Made by a program: the position numbers and the translations under genes. This document shows positions 58,802 through 64,000 of a DNA stretch of 64,000 nt, in pieces. Each line of letters begins with the position of its first letter. Within the stretch, counting starts at the first letter, position 1. Source of the stretch: an uncultured Acidobacteriota bacterium (GTDB lineage: Bacteria > Acidobacteriota > UBA6911 > RPQK01 > JAPXNP01); the NCBI GenBank assembly GCA_963777605.1, contig CAVZRV010000035.1, forward strand, positions 160,001 through 224,000, read 5' to 3'. A model generated the notes under the pieces. It saw only the letters and a program-made list of their open reading frames with translations, searched no databases and was not told the DNA's origin.

Positions 58802-60613
58802 ATGCCGATTTCCCAAGATAACCGCATCATCATTCGCCGGCTGACGGTCGCGAGAATCCTGGTTATTCTTGTCTTCCTGGCCCTCGGGCTCAAACTCTGG
58901 CACATCACGGTCGTTCGGTATGATCACTTCCGCAAACTGGCCGAGCACAACCAGGTCCGCACTATTCCGTTGCTGGCCCCACGGGGAACGATTTTCGATC
59001 GCGATGGCCGTCCACTCGTTGAGAACATCAGTTCGTTCAACCTTTTCGTTTACCGGGATGAAATCGGCCAACTGGAGAACCTCAAGCGCTTTCTCCAGGA
59101 GTCGGTCGAAGTTCCCGGCGAGCAGGTAGACGAGCGGCTTACGGCGGCGGCCCACTATGCGCCCTTTCAGCCGGTGCTGCTCAAACCCAATCTCGGCCTC
59201 GACCAAGTCGCCAAAATTCTCGCCCACCAGGCTGAATTTCCGGGAATCCGAATCATCGAGCAGCCGCGACGGCTCTACCGCTACGATGAACTGGCCGCCC
59301 ACAGTCTGGGTTTCGTCGGAGAGGTTTCCCAGGCAGAACTCGACTCGCCTGAGTTCGATCAGTTCTCACCGGGCGACACCGTGGGCAAGTCGGGTATTGA
59401 GCGCGTCTACAACTCTGAACTGATGGGCGAAAACGGCTATTCCCGGATCCTGGTAAACAGCACCGGAAAAGCCCTTCAGGAACTGGGCAGGGTAGAACCT
59501 CGACCGGGGAATGAGCTTCGGCTGTCCCTCGACCTGGACCTTCAGAGGGTTGCCGAGAGCGAGTTAGGTGAACACCCGGGAGCGATCCTGGCCTTCGACC
59601 CGCGCAACGGAGAGGTGCTGGTCCTGGCCAGTCGTCCCGCTTTTGATCCCAACTGGTTCGCGACGCGAATTACTCGAAGCCAGTGGGACCAGTTGATGAA
59701 CAATCCCGACAACCCGTTGCAAAACCGGGTGATCCAGAGCACCTTTTCACCCGGCTCGATTTTCAAGGTGGTGATGGCTCTGGCCGGTCTCGAACTCGGC
59801 CTGGTTACCCCGGAGACGTCGGTCTACTGCAACGGAGCGGTCACCATTTACGGGCATCCCTTCCACTGCTGGAAGGCCGGCGGGCACGGAAGAGTCCGCC
59901 TGGTTGATGCAATCCAGCACTCCTGCAACGTCTACTTTTACCTTCTGGGGCAGAAGATGGGGATTGACCAGATCGCAGAATTCAGCCGCCGCATCGGGCT
60001 GGGCCAGCCAACTGGTATCGATCTGAACGGGGAAGCGGTCGGGTTGGTGCCCTCGCCGGAGTGGAAGAAACGAGTTCAGGGCCAACCATGGTTCGCCGGC
60101 GAAACGATCTCAGTCGCCATCGGCCAGGGCCCGTTGAATGTCACACCGGCCCAGCTGGCCCGTGCGATCGGTGCGGTTGCGACGGGTAGGATCCCTCGCC
60201 TCACGTTGATCAAGGATTCCGTCGCCAGGACAACCCCGCTCACCGGTTTTTCTCCCAAGAACCTGGAGATCGTGCGGAATGCGATGTGGAAAGTGGTCAA
60301 CGAGTCGGGAACCGGGCGCTCGGCCAAGGTCGCCGGCTTCAACGTCTGCGGAAAGACTGGAAGTGCCCAGACGATCAGTCGGCGAGTGCGGGAAACGCTT
60401 TCTGAGGAAGAACAAGAGAAATACGAGGCGAATGCCTGGTTCGTTGGTTTTGCGCCCCAGGAAGAACCTGAAATCGTGATCGCCGTGATCGTCCAGAGGG
60501 GCGGTTCGGGAGGTGCCGAAGCTGCGCCGATTGCCGGGCACATCCTGGACGAGTACTACCGAAAATACAACGCTCCCCCAACGGAAACGATCCAGATGGC
60601 GGCAGGAGGATAA
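58802..60613 (+). CDS. mrdA: Penicillin-binding protein 2
   Basis: APRG.I.DR, PGSIFK (SxxK), SCN and KTG motifs. Confidence 0.95.
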   Translation: MPISQDNRIIIRRLTVARILVILVFLALGLKLWHITVVRYDHFRKLAEHNQVRTIPLLAPRGTIFDRDGRPLVENISSFNLFVYRDEIGQLENLKRFLQESVEVPGEQVDERLTAAAHYAPFQPVLLKPNLGLDQVAKILAHQAEFPGIRIIEQPRRLYRYDELAAHSLGFVGEVSQAELDSPEFDQFSPGDTVGKSGIERVYNSELMGENGYSRILVNSTGKALQELGRVEPRPGNELRLSLDLDLQRVAESELGEHPGAILAFDPRNGEVLVLASRPAFDPNWFATRITRSQWDQLMNNPDNPLQNRVIQSTFSPGSIFKVVMALAGLELGLVTPETSVYCNGAVTIYGHPFHCWKAGGHGRVRLVDAIQHSCNVYFYLLGQKMGIDQIAEFSRRIGLGQPTGIDLNGEAVGLVPSPEWKKRVQGQPWFAGETISVAIGQGPLNVTPAQLARAIGAVATGRIPRLTLIKDSVARTTPLTGFSPKNLEIVRNAMWKVVNESGTGRSAKVAGFNVCGKTGSAQTISRRVRETLSEEEQEKYEANAWFVGFAPQEEPEIVIAVIVQRGGSGGAEAAPIAGHILDEYYRKYNAPPTETIQMAAGG

Positions 60614-60617
60614 ACGG

Positions 60618-61712
60618 GTGGCGATCGTATCGCGCCGATTCTGGGGGCAATTCGACCTGCTCCTCTTTATTCTGTCCCTGGCCCTGGCCCTGCTGGGCGT
60701 CCTCGGGGTTTACAGTGCCAGCCTGGCCGGAGACGGCAACCTCTACTGGGGCCAGTTGACGCGGATGGGCGTGGGTCTCGCCATCTGCCTGCTCGTCATG
60801 CTGATCGACTACCGGCAACTCGTTGACGCTTCCATTCTGCTCTACGGGCTGGCCATCGGGGTTCTCGTTTTCGTCTTGCTTTTCGGCACCGAAATCAATG
60901 GCAGTAAGAGCTGGATCAGTTTTCCCGGCTTCAACTTCCAGCCTTCGGAGCTCACCAAGATCGTTGTGATACTCCTCCTCGTGAAACTCCTGTCGGACAA
61001 CAACGAGGACTACCTGACGCGGCGCCAACTCGTATTCGTCGGCGTCGTCTGCGTCATACCGATCCTCCTGATCATCCTCCAGCACGACCTGGGAACCGCA
61101 GTGATGTTTATCCCGATCGTGGCCGGAATGGTGCTCGTATCCGGAGTCCACAAAAAGCTGATCATCGGTGCCCTGCTGCTCACACTGGTCGCGGCGCCGG
61201 CCGTCTGGTTCGGGCTCAAGGACTACCAGAAACAGCGCGTGCTCGTCACCCTGGATCCCGAACTGGACCCCCTGGGGGTCGGTTACCAGACCCGCCAGGC
61301 CCAGATCGCGATCGGCTCTGGAGGGCTTTTTGGGAGGGGTATCGGTCAGGGACTGCAGAGCCAGCTGGGATTCGTGCCGGAGAGCCACACCGACTTCATC
61401 TTCGCCCTGCTCGCCGAAGACACGGGCTTCCTGGGCGCATCGCTCATCCTGCTCCTCTACGGTCTGCTCCTCTCACGCCTGATTTCGGTCGGGCAGCAGG
61501 CCAGGGACCGGGCGGGAATGCTGGTCATCGCGGGAGTAGTTGCGTTCGTCTTCTCGCACGTCCTCGTCAACGTCGGAATGGCTCTGGGAATTGTTCCCCC
61601 GATCGGGATACCGCTGCCACTCCTGAGCTACGGAGGGTCCTCGACGCTCTCGACATTCGTCGCCCTTGGCCTGGCACTCAGCGTCGGGTTGCGCCGATAC
61701 ATGTACGCCTGA
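60618..61712 (+). CDS. rodA: Rod shape-determining protein RodA (SEDS)
   Basis: QPSE, DLGT, AIGSGG, PESHTDFIF and LSYGGSS. Confidence 0.95.
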   Translation: MAIVSRRFWGQFDLLLFILSLALALLGVLGVYSASLAGDGNLYWGQLTRMGVGLAICLLVMLIDYRQLVDASILLYGLAIGVLVFVLLFGTEINGSKSWISFPGFNFQPSELTKIVVILLLVKLLSDNNEDYLTRRQLVFVGVVCVIPILLIILQHDLGTAVMFIPIVAGMVLVSGVHKKLIIGALLLTLVAAPAVWFGLKDYQKQRVLVTLDPELDPLGVGYQTRQAQIAIGSGGLFGRGIGQGLQSQLGFVPESHTDFIFALLAEDTGFLGASLILLLYGLLLSRLISVGQQARDRAGMLVIAGVVAFVFSHVLVNVGMALGIVPPIGIPLPLLSYGGSSTLSTFVALGLALSVGLRRYMYA

Positions 61713-61722
61713 GGGAAACCGG

Positions 61723-61747
61723 GTCAGACAAGTCCGACCCGTCTGAC
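61723..61747. terminator. Hairpin between convergent rodA and gatA
   Basis: GTCAGAC-n11-GTCTGAC; no U-tract. Confidence 0.3.
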
Positions 61748-61761
61748 GAGATTCAGTCTGC

Positions 61762-63228
61762 TCAAACCGCCAGGCTTGGAAAATCGAGCTTGAGCTCGCT
61801 CTCCAGGGCGTGAGCTACTCTGAGCAGCTTTCCTTCCGAGAAGTGGGGACCCAGAAACTGCAAGCCGACGGGCAGCTTTTCCGGCGTAAAGCCGCACGGC
61901 ATGGAAAGCCCGGGAATCCCGGCCAGGTTGGCCGTCACGGTGTAGATATCGGACAGGTACATGGAGAGCGGGTCGGATGTTTTCTCTCCCAGACGGAAAG
62001 GGGGCGTGGGCGTCGTCGGCCCAACCAGCAGATCTACCTTCTCAAAAGCGTCCAGGTAGTCCTTCTGAATCAGGGTTCTCACCTTGCTCCCCTTGACGTA
62101 GTACGCATCGTAGTACCCGGCGCTCAACACGTAGGTGCCGATCATGATACGGCGTTTCACCTCATTGCCGAATCCCTCCGACCGCGTACACGCGTACATC
62201 GAGTGCAGATCTTCGGTGCGGGGGCTCCGGTACCCGTACTTGACCCCGTCGTAGCGGGCCAGGTTCGAGCTCGCCTCGGCAGGCGCGAGGATGTAGTACG
62301 TGGCGATCGCCTGCTCCGTATGAGGGAGGCTCACTTCCTCGACCGAACAACCGAGGGCTTCCAGTCGGTCGAGCGCCCTGCGTACCGGTTCCTCGATCGA
62401 AGCCTCCAGACCGGAGCCGAACCACTCTCGCGGCACGCCCACCCGGAGTTCGTGGACATCTTTTCCGATCTCCTCGACGTAACCACCAACCGCCTCGTCC
62501 GCCGTTGTCGAGTCTCTCTTGTCCTGTCCGGCAATCACACGCAGCACGTAGGCCGCATCCCGGGCCGACCCTGCAATCGGGCCGATCTGGTCAAACGAAG
62601 AACCAAACGCTACCAGGCCATAACGGGAGACTCTTCCGTAGGTCGGCTTCAATCCCACGACACCACAAAAAGCGGCTGGCTGTCGAATTGATCCGCCGGT
62701 GTCACTGCCCAGCGCGGTTGGAACCTGGCGGGCAGCAACCGCTGCCGCCGAACCCCCGCTCGACCCCCCGGGGACCCGCTCCAGATCCCACGGGTTCCGG
62801 GTCGGCTCAAAAGCCGAGTTCTCGGTGCTCGACCCCATGGCGAACTCGTCCAGGTTGGTTTTCCCGATGAGGAGGGCACCATCCCGCTTCAGCCTGGCCA
62901 CCACGGTCGCGTCATAGGGCGGCACGTAGTCACCCAGAATGCGCGACCCACAAGTGGTCCGCACCCCCCGCGTCACCATGTTGTCTTTGACCGCGACTGG
63001 AATACCGGTGAGAAATCCCAATTTCAGAGAACGGTCTGCGATCTTGCGGTCCAGTTCGTCGGCCTCCGCCAGCACCTGCTCCGGGTTCACGGTGAGAAAG
63101 GCATGGACGCGGTCATCGGTCTCTTCGATCCGCTCCAGGCACCCCTCGGCAAGCTCCCGGACCGTGACGTCCCTCCGCTTGATGGCATCCCGCATCTGCT
63201 TGATCGACCAGCCCGTCGTCTCTCTCAT
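61762..63228 (-). CDS. gatA: Asp-tRNA(Asn)/Glu-tRNA(Gln) amidotransferase subunit A
   Basis: [31 protein letters not shown] and KRRIMIG. Confidence 0.96.
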   Translation of the reverse strand: MRETTGWSIKQMRDAIKRRDVTVRELAEGCLERIEETDDRVHAFLTVNPEQVLAEADELDRKIADRSLKLGFLTGIPVAVKDNMVTRGVRTTCGSRILGDYVPPYDATVVARLKRDGALLIGKTNLDEFAMGSSTENSAFEPTRNPWDLERVPGGSSGGSAAAVAARQVPTALGSDTGGSIRQPAAFCGVVGLKPTYGRVSRYGLVAFGSSFDQIGPIAGSARDAAYVLRVIAGQDKRDSTTADEAVGGYVEEIGKDVHELRVGVPREWFGSGLEASIEEPVRRALDRLEALGCSVEEVSLPHTEQAIATYYILAPAEASSNLARYDGVKYGYRSPRTEDLHSMYACTRSEGFGNEVKRRIMIGTYVLSAGYYDAYYVKGSKVRTLIQKDYLDAFEKVDLLVGPTTPTPPFRLGEKTSDPLSMYLSDIYTVTANLAGIPGLSMPCGFTPEKLPVGLQFLGPHFSEGKLLRVAHALESELKLDFPSLAV

Positions 63229-63515
63229 TCGATCACCTTGGGAACCCGAAAATGACCGTCTTTTGAATCCGGAGCCTCTGCAAGAACTTCGTCAACCGGC
63301 AACGATTTCTCACACTGGTCGGGCCGCATTGGAGTCTTCAGTTCCGGCGTCAGGAGCGCGTGATAAGTGGGCTGAACTTCCCCCGTGTCCACGGTCCCGA
63401 GCTGCTCGAAATAGTGCAGTATCTGTTCAAACCCGGGGACAAACCGATCCAGTTCCGATTCATCAAACTCCAGGCGGGCCAGTTCGGCAATCCGTCTAAC
63501 TTCTTCCCTGGTCAA
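63225..63515 (-). CDS. gatC: Amidotransferase subunit C
   Basis: IAELARL...MRPD...FRVPKVIE; directly upstream of gatA. Confidence 0.93.
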   Translation of the reverse strand: MTREEVRRIAELARLEFDESELDRFVPGFEQILHYFEQLGTVDTGEVQPTYHALLTPELKTPMRPDQCEKSLPVDEVLAEAPDSKDGHFRVPKVIE

Positions 63516-64000
63516 GAGTTTCCTTTCCTTCCGAAAGCAGGCGGGCAGTCTTCCCGCTGTATTTTTCGACCCAAAGAATATCTTTCCTGATCCGTTGAAT
63601 CAAAGCGTCGGCAGTGTCGAAGCGGCGCTCGGGCCGAATTCTAAAGCAGAACTGCAGCTTCATCGACTGGCCGTAGAGGTCACCCGAAAAACCGGGAAGA
63701 TGAGTCTCGATCGTCGGTTCAGGCTCGCGAAAACCCTGGATCGTGGGTCTGAACCCGATATTGGTTGCACCGACAAACTCCGTTCCATTGACGAACGCCC
63801 GGGTCACGTACACACCAGTCGCCGGGGAGAGCTCGTTGTCGGTTTTCAGATTCGCCGTCGGGAAGCCCAGTTCTATACCGCGCCTGGCTCCCTTCACGAT
63901 GCTCCCACGAATTTCGTACGGGCGGCCAAGCAGGCGCTTCGCCAACGCCACCCGACCCTCTCTCACGAGCGCCCTCAGGGCTGTACTGCTCACCCGGGAA
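63496..64000 (-). CDS. ribF: Bifunctional riboflavin kinase/FAD synthetase, C-terminal part (truncated by window edge)
   Basis: SST..R, LLGRPY, GFPTANL, NIGFRPT, ETHL and RPERRF. Confidence 0.93.
   Translation of the reverse strand, partial: SRVSSTALRALVREGRVALAKRLLGRPYEIRGSIVKGARRGIELGFPTANLKTDNELSPATGVYVTRAFVNGTEFVGATNIGFRPTIQGFREPEPTIETHLPGFSGDLYGQSMKLQFCFRIRPERRFDTADALIQRIRKDILWVEKYSGKTARLLSEGKETLDQGRS

Noticed and set aside
61762-63515. gatCA without adjacent gatB
   Set aside because: Split gat loci are common; gatB is probably elsewhere in the genome.

Overview
GC-rich bacterial genomic window, probably Acidobacteriota (inferred from gene content and style only). The left part (~1-22 kb) is accessory and decaying. 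It holds internally deleted gene remnants (sulfatase, Tat peptide, PAS/receiver), an Xre/MbcA-RES toxin-antitoxin pair with a palindromic operator, exported hydrolases and orphans, several single-base frameshifts, and dense intergenic palindromic repeats. The rest is largely housekeeping: treZ-GH57-treY, D-aminoacylase/APC permease, thrC, lutABC, queD, an acyl-AMP ligase-ACP-PlsC fusion, cyoE, gltX, pdxJ, rsmI, an ARG-box-controlled DUF1611-argC-argD-argB operon, mreBCD-mrdA-rodA, and ribF-gatC-gatA. No rRNA, tRNA, CRISPR array, integrase or transposase was recognised. Two observations stand out: (1) a co-oriented family of 52-bp elements (GKTTCA...central palindrome...AYCA-N8-GTGAAAC) that partitions non-coding palindromic modules like a cassette array; (2) a DUF1611/DgcN-like gene in the argA/argJ position of the arginine operon.
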